A DNA stretch of 64,000 nucleotides from the sequence record NC_023610.1; one strand, written 5' to 3'. The position numbers were made by a program, and so were the translations under genes. This document shows positions 47,140 through 57,681 of this stretch, one piece after another. The number at the start of each line of letters is the position of its first letter. The first letter of the stretch is position 1. The notes below the pieces were generated by a model that saw only the letters and a list, made by a program, of their open reading frames with translations, searched no databases and was not told the DNA's origin.

Positions 47140-48048
47140 TTAACTGGCGACGCCGTATTCTTTCTCCAGACGCACAACCTCGTAGTTAAGGTTACGCAGG
47201 CGCTCTTCGGTGACCTTAATCACCTTATCACTGGCCGCATCGCTGTTCCCTTCACGGGCAGCACGCAGCTGGGCCAAACGCAGTTCCAGGCACGCACGCT
47301 CATCACGCGCTTCCTGAAGGACTGCCGCCTGGTGTTCTACCCAACGGGAGCCGAAGAACCAGATGATGTCAGAAATCACCGGAACGAAGCCCAGACCCAG
47401 TGGGTCGAGTTTGCGTGCGCCGGTCACTGACTCCACTGCGTCTACTTTACTCTCGTCGAACACGATGTCCGGAACACTGTCAATCTTCGCCAGAATCTTT
47501 GGCATCGGTTCAGCGAACAGCTTAATCAGACGCGCAAAGGACACGGCGTTTTCTTCCAGCCACTTAACTTCACCCGCTTTGAACGCCGGAGTCGAGTCAA
47601 TACCTTTGAACGCCGCCGGGGTTTCTTTGCTGTAAGTATAGTGGAGCACGCGACGGGAATAACGGGAGACGAAACCAATCAGGGAAATCACACGCAGCAA
47701 GGTCGCCTTCTGATAGGTCAGACCCAACTTCGCGGCAGAGCCCTTGAAGTGGTTCTCAATCGCTTTCTCGAGGTACGGGAAACCTTCCGTCAGAGAGGAC
47801 AGCACCAGCGTGGTCGTTTCCACGTAGTTGGTACGTGAGCCGGTTTCCTGGCGGAAGCGGTCGTTGAAACGTTTCACCTCGGTGGTGTGGAACGCAGACG
47901 GCCCCTGGTAACCTGCGAACTGTACGGCATCTTTGTACGGTTGCAGGGCGTCGTTGATTAACGACTCCTTGGTGTTCTCCAAGGTTTCCATGATGCGCCC
48001 TTTGTCCAACGTCGGGGTGAGGAACGCAAAGAAGTTCTTGATACTCAT
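47140..48048 (-). CDS. head/ejection protein (phiKZ gp90-like)
   Basis: 302 aa; C-terminal coiled coil LELRLAQLR...NYEVVRLE. Confidence 0.7.
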   Translation of the reverse strand: MSIKNFFAFLTPTLDKGRIMETLENTKESLINDALQPYKDAVQFAGYQGPSAFHTTEVKRFNDRFRQETGSRTNYVETTTLVLSSLTEGFPYLEKAIENHFKGSAAKLGLTYQKATLLRVISLIGFVSRYSRRVLHYTYSKETPAAFKGIDSTPAFKAGEVKWLEENAVSFARLIKLFAEPMPKILAKIDSVPDIVFDESKVDAVESVTGARKLDPLGLGFVPVISDIIWFFGSRWVEHQAAVLQEARDERACLELRLAQLRAAREGNSDAASDKVIKVTEERLRNLNYEVVRLEKEYGVAS

Positions 48049-48060
48049 CGGGGGTCTCCG

Positions 48061-49167
48061 TTAGAAAGTCGGGGCGGAGCGCTGTTGCAGCATTTCCGCG
48101 AATTTCAGCAATTCCTGACCGTTGCCGCCCTTGTTCGCATTCTTCATCTGAGATACGGACAGCTTGGTCGAGTGCTCGATGCCGCGGTAGAAGATTTCCA
48201 CCTGCTCGTACGCCTGGTCCACCACGTACAGGACCAACATCCCTGAGTTGTCAAAGATACGCTGACGGTCTTTGAACTTGCTCAGCTTGATGGTCAGAGA
48301 GCGTTCGATTTCGAGCTGCGTCTCATCGGAGATAATCACGATGTTGGACGCGGAGGCCACAGACGGTTTACCGGTCAGCCAACCTGTCAGCGCATTACGA
48401 CGTTGGTCGCGAATCGCTTTCATGTACAACCCGGTTGGGTCGTTCAGTTGAGCCTTACGGTGCTGGTCGAGCAAGTCCGCACAACCCAGAAGGTCCTGGA
48501 AGAAGCGCAGCTTATCCGCCTTAACAGCATAATAACGGTCTTTCAGGTCGCGGTTCTGCGCACCGGCGGTCAGAATGTCCGCGATGGAAGAGCCCACGGC
48601 TGGGATGGTGTTCAGACGCACGGAGACTTGCGTAGAGACGCTTTCACCGTTAGCGGTCAGTTCCACATCCAGAATTTTACCTACAGCGAGGTTGGTGTTC
48701 TCACGCAGCTGCGCCAGGTTCTCACGAGAGAACTTCGCACCCACGGTGTTGGTTTCCGGCGCATCGTTACCTTTGCGACGATACCCTTCAACGGCCACCT
48801 GACGCACGGTTGGTAAACCGAACTTCATTTGCTCGTTGGAGACCATGCGGGCCACGGTGTCAGCCAGTCCGTTAACGGGGTCGCGTTTCGGGTTGAACTG
48901 CTCCAGACGAGAACCCACGGTCACGTTGTTCAGGGTGGCAGACAAACCCACAGCAGACAGATACAGGCTGGCAAACATGCTCAGTGCCGACTGCATGATG
49001 TCAGGAGTGTAAGGCTGATTCCACAGAGCAGTTTCAACCAGAGTAATCGGTTCCACACGCGTAGTGGCCGTGTACCCAATGAGGTTATCGGTTTTCGCTG
49101 CGCGCACAAAGTTTGGAAGGCCGTTGGCCAATTCCAATAGTGTGAGTGGGTTAAATGTTAATGACAT
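48061..49167 (-). CDS. head protein (phiKZ gp89-like)
   Basis: 368 aa; TRVEPITLV and NLAVGKILDV motifs; SNE/AVE sites. Confidence 0.7.
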   Translation of the reverse strand: MSLTFNPLTLLELANGLPNFVRAAKTDNLIGYTATTRVEPITLVETALWNQPYTPDIMQSALSMFASLYLSAVGLSATLNNVTVGSRLEQFNPKRDPVNGLADTVARMVSNEQMKFGLPTVRQVAVEGYRRKGNDAPETNTVGAKFSRENLAQLRENTNLAVGKILDVELTANGESVSTQVSVRLNTIPAVGSSIADILTAGAQNRDLKDRYYAVKADKLRFFQDLLGCADLLDQHRKAQLNDPTGLYMKAIRDQRRNALTGWLTGKPSVASASNIVIISDETQLEIERSLTIKLSKFKDRQRIFDNSGMLVLYVVDQAYEQVEIFYRGIEHSTKLSVSQMKNANKGGNGQELLKFAEMLQQRSAPTF

Positions 49168-49195
49168 GGCTTTACCCTTATCAAGAGGTTACAAT

Positions 49196-50362
49196 ATGGC
49201 ATCGAGAAATGACCAGATTCGCGAGAGTCTGGAAATCTTGCATCGGTCCAACGGCTTAGGGGGATTGAGCGCACAAGCGTTCGAGATGCTGTATGGCATC
49301 AACTACCGTGCCACGGGGGTTATCCTCCCCGCGAACACCGACCAGGTCGGGTTGACGTTCTTTACGAAAACCGACATGAACTTGCAGGAAGAGAACATTA
49401 CACAAGATAGAAGCTTAAGCCCCATGATTTCACGGGAAGCGTTGACGTACCCCCGTGCTATCCGAGCGTATCTTGACCCTTGGGGTGCCGCAAACAGCGG
49501 CTACGATACCCCGTTAGTTAACCCACGTCAGGCTTTCATTGCACCGTTAACCAACCTGCTGACCTCCGTTTCCGGTTGGCCAGACCCGGTGATGGGTACG
49601 CACGTTTCCCGAGAAGGTATCCTCGGTGAGCAGTGGGGGATGGCAGATGGCATCTACGAGTTCAATGGACAATGGGACATGTCCGCCACCTTCAACAACG
49701 TCGAAGGGAACTTGTTGGTGTCCATGTTCAACAACTGGGTACGTTACGAGGATGGCGTGTACACGGGACGACTGATGCCGTATCCGTGGAACAACTTCAT
49801 GTCCCGTATCGACTACGTTACCCGGTGCTACCGTCTGATACTCGACCCCGGTCGTCAGTTCGTTCAGAACATCATGGCCTGTGGTTACGGTTTCCCGACA
49901 ACGGTACCTTGGGGCGGGATTGCCGACTTCGATTCCTCGGACAACTTCGCGACGGCCAACAATAAGATAACGATTCAGTTCCGTTGTTTTGGCGCGATGT
50001 ACGACGACCCGATTCTGTATTTCGAGTTCAACCAGACGGTGGCGAAGTTCAACCCGGACTTGCAGATTGCCAACGCCGGACGGTTGTACCAGGAAGACAT
50101 CAAATTGAAAAGCGCGGACTATTATCGTGTCACCGCTGAACAACGCGATTACCTGGTCGGCTATTGCTACCCACTGATTCACCCGTTCACCCAGGAACTG
50201 TGCTGGTTCATCGAGAAAGCGGTGTACAACCAAATCATGAACTATTACGGTGCTGGCCGTGTGGCAGCGCAGGACTTTAATGCGATTCAGCAGGATACCG
50301 CAGATGTGGCCGGTGGCTACATGGCGAACACGCTGGAATCCGCCGATGACACCGGCTTATAA
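49196..50362 (+). CDS. baseplate/tail-tube-initiator-like virion protein
   Basis: Likely start MASRNDQ (SD GAGG); FFTK..MNL, FI..LTN.L.SVSGWPD and DY.TR.YRL.LD motifs. Confidence 0.7.
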   Translation: MASRNDQIRESLEILHRSNGLGGLSAQAFEMLYGINYRATGVILPANTDQVGLTFFTKTDMNLQEENITQDRSLSPMISREALTYPRAIRAYLDPWGAANSGYDTPLVNPRQAFIAPLTNLLTSVSGWPDPVMGTHVSREGILGEQWGMADGIYEFNGQWDMSATFNNVEGNLLVSMFNNWVRYEDGVYTGRLMPYPWNNFMSRIDYVTRCYRLILDPGRQFVQNIMACGYGFPTTVPWGGIADFDSSDNFATANNKITIQFRCFGAMYDDPILYFEFNQTVAKFNPDLQIANAGRLYQEDIKLKSADYYRVTAEQRDYLVGYCYPLIHPFTQELCWFIEKAVYNQIMNYYGAGRVAAQDFNAIQQDTADVAGGYMANTLESADDTGL

Positions 50363-50379
50363 TTGAAAAGGTAACCAAG

Positions 50380-53325
50380 ATGTCAGACTTCGATTTAACC
50401 ACATTGATGGAGCAAGCCGTGCGTAACCCGGCGGGTCTCCAGACCGTGGCCATCGACTACGTCCAATGGCGACTCGACGGACTCACGGTACCGGACCCGT
50501 TGTCCCCCATGGTGCAAATCATGGAGGTCGGTTCAACCCAAACCGCCATCGCCATCAACCAGGCCCTGGCCCTGGACCGTCGTCGTTATGGGTTACTGGC
50601 CACCACCTGGGAAGACCTGTACGCGGTCATGACTGACCGTGACTTCCTTAACCGTTTCTCCAAACCGGCGGGGATGCCGCTCTCTATCTGGGTAGAACGC
50701 GACACGGTTCTTTCCTTGATGGCGTCAGTGGGGAACGGGTCGAAGAAGTTGACCATTCCACGCTACACGGAGTTCACGGTCTCCAACCAGTACACCTTTA
50801 CCTTACTTTACCCGATTGAGATTCGCCAACTGCAACACGGCGCTATCCAGATTGGGTACAACTCGGATAAGCTGACGCCACTGCAAACGCTGACCGACAA
50901 CGTGATTCCGTGGTGGAGTTCCAGGGACGATGAAGGGGTGAACCGTATTCGCCTTGACGTTAACCTGCTCCAGTTAAAACGGGTGTACCAGTTGTTCTCC
51001 CCGATGGGCGGTTCAGCCAACTCCTTCGTCATGACGTTTGAGGACAGCTACTTCTCTGCCCGCGTGTTCCGTAAAATCAACAACGCTTGGGTGGAGATGA
51101 AGACCACCCACAGTGAGCAGATTCACGACCCGCAGACCGCCACGGCGTTCCTGGAAGTAGATGAAGGCGCGTTGCGTGTCACCATCCCGCCTATCTACCT
51201 GACTAACGGGCTGATTCCGGGTGACATTCGTGTGGACGTCTACACCACCAAAGGAACCCTGGAAGTGCCGTTGAGTCAGTTGGACTCGGCTGCGTACAGC
51301 TGGGAATTCGGCGAAGACCTTGACGACCCGTCACAGGCGGCGTTCTGGAAAGGCTTACCTGACCTCAGCATGGCCGTGTTCTCCGAGGGTATCATTTCAG
51401 GCGGTACACCGGGTCTTACCTTTGAAGAAGCGCGTGACCTGGTGATTTCTCGTGGTAGCAGCATTGATACGCCTATCACCCCACCGCAGGTACGGGCGAA
51501 CCTGGAACTTCAGGGCTTCAACGTCTTACTGGGTCGGGACGACTTGACGGACCGTGTGTACTACGCGACGCGGGGTGTGCCAAACAACCCGAACAGCGAA
51601 TTCACCACGTCTATCTCGTCAGGGATTGTCCCCATCAGTATTTCGATGGAGAACCTGGCGCGGTTACCGGGTTGTTACGACAACGGCGACCGGGTGACCA
51701 TGACGCCGAAGACGTTGATGCGTATTGAGAGTGGCCGGTTACAGGTTGTGAAAGCAGCTGAGTACCCGAACAGCGGTACAGCGACCACGGAAACGTTGGT
51801 GGCGGCCGTGAATAACACGGAGTACGTGTATTCGCCGTTCCATTACGTGCTGGATGCCAGCAACAGCAACTTCGCGTTACGGGCGTATTACCTCGAGAAC
51901 CCGAAGATGACGTTGCGTGAGTTTCTGGCCGAAAACCAGTCAACGCTTCTCAGCGTCTCTACCCAGACCTTCGCCATTGAACGCACCACGTACGGTTACC
52001 GGATTGTGATTAACTGCAAACCGTCAACCGGTTATGATGCTATCAAGCAAGATGACGTTCACCTGCACCTCGGGTATTACCCGCGCGGGGAAACGGAACT
52101 GGCGTATCTGACCGGGACCGTGTTGGGGATTATCGACGGCGTCTGGACCTGGGAGTTCCAACTCCACACCAACTACGATGTGGACGCAAACGACGACCTG
52201 GTATTGACCAACTTCCTGCAATACGACACCACACCACGTAACCTGACCATTGGGTTAGAGACCCGTTTCTTCCTGGTGAACTCGGTGACCAATTACCGGG
52301 TACTGAACCTGGAAGGCTCGGATGTGGATGCGTACGTTCCAGCGTTCCTGTTACCGAGTGGGGTCGACTGGGTGGGTGTGCAGTTAGAAGCCATGACCTT
52401 CCAGTTGGGTACGGCACTGACGGATTTCTGGCGGGGTTGTCGTCCGGTTGCCGGGAGTCAGCAGTACCAACTCTACACCCAAAACGTGCTGAAGTACTAC
52501 GCGTCGGATGTGTACGAGATGGACCCGAGCACCAAACGGCCGAAGTATACCATCGTCAATGGTGAGATGGTGTACACCAAGTTGCACTCGAAAGGGGACC
52601 CAGTACTGGATGCCGTGGGTAACCAGGAGATTGAGTACTACGCCGGACAGGTGAAGGTGGATGACAACGGGGAACCGATAGTCGTCTCAGAGCGTCCTAC
52701 GCTGCGTCTGATGGACCTGTTCGTTATGGACGGGGCTTACTACTTCACAGACCAGAAAGAGGCGCTGGCTGACGCACAGTACCTTCCAGCGCGTATTGCC
52801 GATACGTACGTGGCAACCATCGAGCAAATCGCAGGACGTGGCCTGGAAAGTACCTGGTATTACTACTATCCGAAGACCACCATCGGGCAGATTAACGTGT
52901 TGACAGATTCTTCACGCTCTCTGATGATGAACTCTCGGGTGAACGGTGTTTGTACGCTGAAGCTTTCAGAGTTAGGCTACAACAACGAGGAATACCAGAA
53001 GTCAGTGAGCAGGGTGATTACGGACATCATCAATGCGCACCTGAAACTGGAAACGGTGTCGAAGATGGATATCATGGCCGACATCAAGGAGAAGACCGAC
53101 AGCGACCTGATTGGGTGCGAGTTGTACTTGTACTCGAACGGGGTCGAAGTTGAAACCATCTCCGCCGGTGATGAAGCCGTCCGCTTCTCGCTGAACCGGG
53201 TTCTGTACCTGCGTGATGACGGTAAACTTGGCGTGAAGGAAGACATGACCTTTACACCGAAACCGCACATCACCAAGTCGGACTCGTTGTACAGCACCAG
53301 TATCAACAAACTGACGCAAGTCTAA
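50380..53325 (+). CDS. baseplate wedge-like virion protein
   Basis: 981 aa; YPIEIR, GDIRVDVYTTKG and YVYSPFHYVLD motifs. Confidence 0.7.
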   Translation: MSDFDLTTLMEQAVRNPAGLQTVAIDYVQWRLDGLTVPDPLSPMVQIMEVGSTQTAIAINQALALDRRRYGLLATTWEDLYAVMTDRDFLNRFSKPAGMPLSIWVERDTVLSLMASVGNGSKKLTIPRYTEFTVSNQYTFTLLYPIEIRQLQHGAIQIGYNSDKLTPLQTLTDNVIPWWSSRDDEGVNRIRLDVNLLQLKRVYQLFSPMGGSANSFVMTFEDSYFSARVFRKINNAWVEMKTTHSEQIHDPQTATAFLEVDEGALRVTIPPIYLTNGLIPGDIRVDVYTTKGTLEVPLSQLDSAAYSWEFGEDLDDPSQAAFWKGLPDLSMAVFSEGIISGGTPGLTFEEARDLVISRGSSIDTPITPPQVRANLELQGFNVLLGRDDLTDRVYYATRGVPNNPNSEFTTSISSGIVPISISMENLARLPGCYDNGDRVTMTPKTLMRIESGRLQVVKAAEYPNSGTATTETLVAAVNNTEYVYSPFHYVLDASNSNFALRAYYLENPKMTLREFLAENQSTLLSVSTQTFAIERTTYGYRIVINCKPSTGYDAIKQDDVHLHLGYYPRGETELAYLTGTVLGIIDGVWTWEFQLHTNYDVDANDDLVLTNFLQYDTTPRNLTIGLETRFFLVNSVTNYRVLNLEGSDVDAYVPAFLLPSGVDWVGVQLEAMTFQLGTALTDFWRGCRPVAGSQQYQLYTQNVLKYYASDVYEMDPSTKRPKYTIVNGEMVYTKLHSKGDPVLDAVGNQEIEYYAGQVKVDDNGEPIVVSERPTLRLMDLFVMDGAYYFTDQKEALADAQYLPARIADTYVATIEQIAGRGLESTWYYYYPKTTIGQINVLTDSSRSLMMNSRVNGVCTLKLSELGYNNEEYQKSVSRVITDIINAHLKLETVSKMDIMADIKEKTDSDLIGCELYLYSNGVEVETISAGDEAVRFSLNRVLYLRDDGKLGVKEDMTFTPKPHITKSDSLYSTSINKLTQV

Positions 53326-53372
53326 GCAGCATAAAGGCCCTGGTACCCTTCGGGGTACCAGGGTTCCTTTTA
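53326..53372. terminator. GCAGCATAAA followed by a bidirectional hairpin
   Basis: ccctggtacc-cttcgg-ggtaccaggg followed by a U-rich tract on the plus strand. Confidence 0.85.
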
Positions 53373-54740
53373 TTTCTTCATTCTGCTTTCGAGGTACTTC
53401 TTCTCTTCCGCAGTGACGTTCTTCAGGATATCAGACGCATCCATGTTCGCTTTCGCCGCTTCGCGTTGCGCCACATCGAATTCAAACGCCAGGCACGCTG
53501 ACACCTTATCCGCGAACTGACGCATCAGATGCAGTAACCAGCCCGACAGCAACACACAGGTGTTGAAGATTTGCTGGAACTCGCCCAGGGTACGGATGAT
53601 GTCCTGGAGCAGAGTGAAGTCTGACATGCGACTTTCGTGGAAGGTGTTGCGAATCTGTTCGGTGTCCTTCAGCATCTTCTCCGCATACTTCGAAATCTCT
53701 TCCTGCGTTTTGATGATGCCTTCTGGAATCGACAGCATGTTGCGGCTGTGACCTGGACCACCCACGATACGGGCAATACCTTCTTGCAGTTTACGGATAG
53801 ACTTCGAATCAGTCGCGATACTTTGCTTCTGGTCGTTCTTCTCCGCCAACTTGGCGCGGAAGTCCTTCAGACCGTTCACGATGTCCGCCGGTTCACTTCC
53901 CGCCACCTTAACCTGGTTCTTCGCCAACATGCGCTTGAGGCCCGGGAAAGAACGGTCAATCGCCGTGTCTTCCTGAATACGCTCCAGACGCAGTTTCACC
54001 TGGCCCGCACCCACGGTACCTTTCTCACGCAGATAACCTGAACAGGTTTCTTCGCCCACCTTGTAGCTTTCGCTCAAGACTTTCGCGTAGTTGTTCAGGT
54101 CACCCAGCATCCCAAAGATATCCGCAGACAGCCCGTTCGGATTCAGCAGGTCACGCGTTAACCCGGTGTAGTGTTCGAGTAACCCATCGGTTAAGCGCTT
54201 GTACTGTTCCGCACTGGTCAGGACCTTTTCCACTTCCTGGTCCCCGACTTTGCTGCGGATGTTATCCGACCCTTTGGCAGAAGCAGACCCGCCCGTGGAA
54301 CTGCCCATCAAGGCACCCGCGTCGTCCTTCCCTTTCCCAAAGAAGCCCAGTACCCATTTAATCAACTTGTACAGGAACGCTGCGCCAGCCACCAGGACTG
54401 CTGCAATGATACCTGCACGTTTACCGTCGATGTCTTCAATAGCAACCTGCATGTTGGTGCGAGACCGACGCTGCGTGTAGCTTTGAACCGGGTACAGTTC
54501 ATTCAGGGGACCGGCGAACGATTCAACGGCCGCCATGGTATCGCGGTTCACCCCGCGCGCTTTGACATCGGCACTCATGCGCTCAAGTTCGCTAATCAGC
54601 GGCTCGGCGTTGTTGCGCTGGACTTCATACTCAGAATAAATCTGGTTGATTTCCATCACCATGGTGCGTAGGTCTTTACCGTCAGCGGCGATGAAGTTGA
54701 AAATCTCCTTCACCGGCTTGACGACTTGTTCGTTATCCAT
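53370..54740 (-). CDS. head protein with propeptide and hydrophobic helix
   Basis: AVES/AIED sites followed by AGIIAAVLVAGAAFLYKLIKWVLGFF. Confidence 0.7.
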   Translation of the reverse strand: MDNEQVVKPVKEIFNFIAADGKDLRTMVMEINQIYSEYEVQRNNAEPLISELERMSADVKARGVNRDTMAAVESFAGPLNELYPVQSYTQRRSRTNMQVAIEDIDGKRAGIIAAVLVAGAAFLYKLIKWVLGFFGKGKDDAGALMGSSTGGSASAKGSDNIRSKVGDQEVEKVLTSAEQYKRLTDGLLEHYTGLTRDLLNPNGLSADIFGMLGDLNNYAKVLSESYKVGEETCSGYLREKGTVGAGQVKLRLERIQEDTAIDRSFPGLKRMLAKNQVKVAGSEPADIVNGLKDFRAKLAEKNDQKQSIATDSKSIRKLQEGIARIVGGPGHSRNMLSIPEGIIKTQEEISKYAEKMLKDTEQIRNTFHESRMSDFTLLQDIIRTLGEFQQIFNTCVLLSGWLLHLMRQFADKVSACLAFEFDVAQREAAKANMDASDILKNVTAEEKKYLESRMKK

Positions 54741-55775
54741 CTATTCCTCCAGCGTGGAATCCAACAGATTAACCACCTCGTCCACGGCACCCTGATGGGT
54801 GTCATCAACCTGTCCCAGATGGAAGAACAGGTATTCCCACTGGACGGTCAGGGTGGTGGTTAACAGATTGAGGAGTGTGCGCACGGCGTTCAACAGTAAG
54901 TAACTGTGGCTGTGCAGTGCAATCATCGGGTTGTACAGTTCGTGGAGCAGACCGTCGATACGGTTCCGACGAGACCCGCTGACTTCCCGCAGACTGTAGA
55001 TGCAACGCAGGCGGTTGTCCGCCTCAAGGATACGGGCACGTAACGTGTACGGCAGTAGCTTACGCAGTTGCTCTAACAGCTGAAAGTTCCCTTGTGCCAG
55101 GGTCCAGGTTAAGGTCTCACGAGGAGTTTCCATTATCCGGTCCGTGACCTTCGGGGTAGCCAGGTCTAACAGTTTCGCCAACCGCACTGGGAGGTCCGTC
55201 TCTTTACAGTTCAAGGCGCGGATGAGGTCAGTGCTGACCCCAATGGCTTCGTACTGACGGTAGACGTCATCCAGTCGGGCGTTCAGGTCACCGGGCGGTT
55301 CCCACAGGGGGAAAGTGCTGGCGTCCAACAACAGTTGGATTTTATCCAGCAACCCGCTCAGGTCACTCGGGAACGCCGGGAACGACGCGACCACGTCGCG
55401 CACGCTCAAGGTTTGCGCGCAAAGCCCTTCGGCATAAGGGGTGCGGAGACCATTCAACCGTTTAATCGCCTCACTCAGGGAATGAGGGTAGATATGGTTG
55501 ACCGGATATTCAATTCGCAAGTAACTGATAATCCGGCTTAACGTGGATGTCAGGTTCAAATGGTCGGTGGCAACGCTCGCTACCTGGTAGAACGCTTCGA
55601 CTACTTCCGTAACCCCGGTCAGATGGTTAAGAAGGGTATCGTCCTCCTTTTCCGTGACCGACAGCGCAGGTAAAGGGTGGTAGGCACTCAACGTTGCCAG
55701 TTTGTTGCGTAGCGCCGGAGCAATTTCCGGCTTACGGGCGTATAACGCCGCGAGACTCTGCTCCATGGTGTTCAA
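54741..55775 (-). CDS. virion protein, Leu-rich helical
   Basis: 344 aa, abuts its neighbours. Confidence 0.7.
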   Translation of the reverse strand: MNTMEQSLAALYARKPEIAPALRNKLATLSAYHPLPALSVTEKEDDTLLNHLTGVTEVVEAFYQVASVATDHLNLTSTLSRIISYLRIEYPVNHIYPHSLSEAIKRLNGLRTPYAEGLCAQTLSVRDVVASFPAFPSDLSGLLDKIQLLLDASTFPLWEPPGDLNARLDDVYRQYEAIGVSTDLIRALNCKETDLPVRLAKLLDLATPKVTDRIMETPRETLTWTLAQGNFQLLEQLRKLLPYTLRARILEADNRLRCIYSLREVSGSRRNRIDGLLHELYNPMIALHSHSYLLLNAVRTLLNLLTTTLTVQWEYLFFHLGQVDDTHQGAVDEVVNLLDSTLEE

Positions 55776-55786
55776 CTCCCGAGAGC

Positions 55787-56233
55787 TTAGGTATGGCTCT
55801 CTTGCACTTTAAAGGCCTCTTCCACCTTCTCTCCCAGCGCGCAGGCCGCAGACAGAATGGTTTCACGGGTCTGGTCATCCACTGCATAGCCGCTTAACAG
55901 GTCAGCAATCGGACACGCTTTAGAAACGTGCGCCGCCAAGCCGCCGTAATCGGTGAAGAAGACGTTCTTGTAACGCAGCTCCCACAGGCCACGGGTAATG
56001 TCCGTCACCGTGGTAGTTTCCAGCAGGAAGCGTTCGTTAAACTCCGACACGAACTGCGCCACGTCAGCAAAGTAATGTTTGACGTAGTACAGCTCGGGGT
56101 TCTCCTGACGACTGGAAGGCAGCGGCAGGCTGTACGCCAATGCAACACCGAGGGCCAGGGAGATTTTCTTTTTGTCATTGCCGAGAGACATGACCAGGGG
56201 TTCCACCATCCCCGCAACAAGCGCACGATTCAT
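55787..56233 (-). CDS. hypothetical protein
   Basis: 148 aa, SD GGAG. Confidence 0.7.
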   Translation of the reverse strand: MNRALVAGMVEPLVMSLGNDKKKISLALGVALAYSLPLPSSRQENPELYYVKHYFADVAQFVSEFNERFLLETTTVTDITRGLWELRYKNVFFTDYGGLAAHVSKACPIADLLSGYAVDDQTRETILSAACALGEKVEEAFKVQESHT

Positions 56234-56247
56234 CGTTCTACTCCGAA

Positions 56248-57543
56248 TTAACTGAGAACACGCAGCTGAGCAGCCGCAGTGAAGAGGTCATTGTTCATCA
56301 ACGCCTCGAGGTTCTGTAGCTCCTCACGCTTTGCCTTCTGGCCGCGTGTTGCAGGAGACACTAACAGGTAAATCTTTTCCAGCACCGTTTCCCGGTCCTT
56401 CAGGTCAGCAATCAGACCGTCAATGACTTTGACGTCTGTGGTCAGCTGAATGGCGCGTGGTTTCGGTAACGCCGGGTGCTTCATCTGCGAGATTAAATCC
56501 CGTTTGATGCGCGTCAGGCGTTCACGCGGTTTGTCGTACTCACGCTCATGCGGGGAGACCAACAGCACCATGATGGACATGTACATCAACAGGAAGTTGA
56601 AGCTCATGACTGCCACGGTAGCCATCAGGATGTACCCCACCACCTTCACCAACTCCATCACGAAGTAGGTCAAAGTGTTGCGATAGGAGTTCGGGTCAAC
56701 CTGGTTCATGATTTTGAACAGGCCGCTGGCCAATGCACGACCGGCACCCATACGGGAGGCGAATTGGTCGGACAAAGATTCCCAGCTACGGTTGTCATAA
56801 AGACTGGTACCGAACTCAGAGCGGGATTGGTTCACCACTTCGGTCAAGAGCACCAGTTGCATGGTTTTCTCGTCGGTGGTGTTCAGCAGCTCTTCGTTCT
56901 TGGTCACGTCAACGCCAGTTTTCTCTTTGAGTTCACTGAACAGTTTCACCCGGTGCTGTTTCTCAGTCACGCCCAGGGCGGAGCGAGCGAAATGGGTCAG
57001 GACGAAGCATGTCGTGTCTACCTGGCCAAGGTAGGTGAAGTACGACATCAGGTGCCCGATTTCATGCAGCACAACAGCGGCAATCTCTTCCGCTTCAAAC
57101 GTGCCGGAAGAAATACAACCCGTGGTGATGTAAACTTTGTTCACCAGTTTAGAGAAAAAGCCCGAGACCTTGGCGTTTTCCAAATCAACCGTACCTTCAA
57201 CCCCTTCACCACCCCAACGGATTTGCGCCATCCCGTCTGTGCGTTCTGCAAAGTACTGACGCCAACGGTTGACCAGGGGATGGTTGACATCAATCTGTGG
57301 TGCCACCACGTAAGCATTAGGTTTGGGGTAGTTCTCTAACTCGAACTCCACAAACAGGTTCATGTGAACTTTAAAGATATCCTGAAGACGTTTCTTCTGA
57401 AGGAAAACCTTCTTCGTTTTTTTGAATTCGTTAATCATGTCTTCAAACGCGAGTGTCAGTTCTCGGAAGACTTTGGGGTTCTCCTGAGGATTCACCGCTT
57501 CGACACTGACAATCGGGAGCGGCGCAATAGGGGCGATTAACAT
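56248..57543 (-). CDS. zinc metallopeptidase-like virion protein (M48-like)
   Basis: AVVLHEIGHLM (HExxH), downstream ESLSDQFASRMG, and a hydrophobic TM stretch. Confidence 0.7.
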   Translation of the reverse strand: MLIAPIAPLPIVSVEAVNPQENPKVFRELTLAFEDMINEFKKTKKVFLQKKRLQDIFKVHMNLFVEFELENYPKPNAYVVAPQIDVNHPLVNRWRQYFAERTDGMAQIRWGGEGVEGTVDLENAKVSGFFSKLVNKVYITTGCISSGTFEAEEIAAVVLHEIGHLMSYFTYLGQVDTTCFVLTHFARSALGVTEKQHRVKLFSELKEKTGVDVTKNEELLNTTDEKTMQLVLLTEVVNQSRSEFGTSLYDNRSWESLSDQFASRMGAGRALASGLFKIMNQVDPNSYRNTLTYFVMELVKVVGYILMATVAVMSFNFLLMYMSIMVLLVSPHEREYDKPRERLTRIKRDLISQMKHPALPKPRAIQLTTDVKVIDGLIADLKDRETVLEKIYLLVSPATRGQKAKREELQNLEALMNNDLFTAAAQLRVLS

Positions 57544-57681
57544 GGTTCCGTGGCCTCGTCAATAAGAGATATACAGGGTTGAGTACACAGAATAGGCTCT
57601 GTCGTATAGAGGTGGTAATAAAAAACGTCAGGGCACCTTGTTATAGAGACTTAGAAAATACGTTGGAAAGGAATAACCTCC

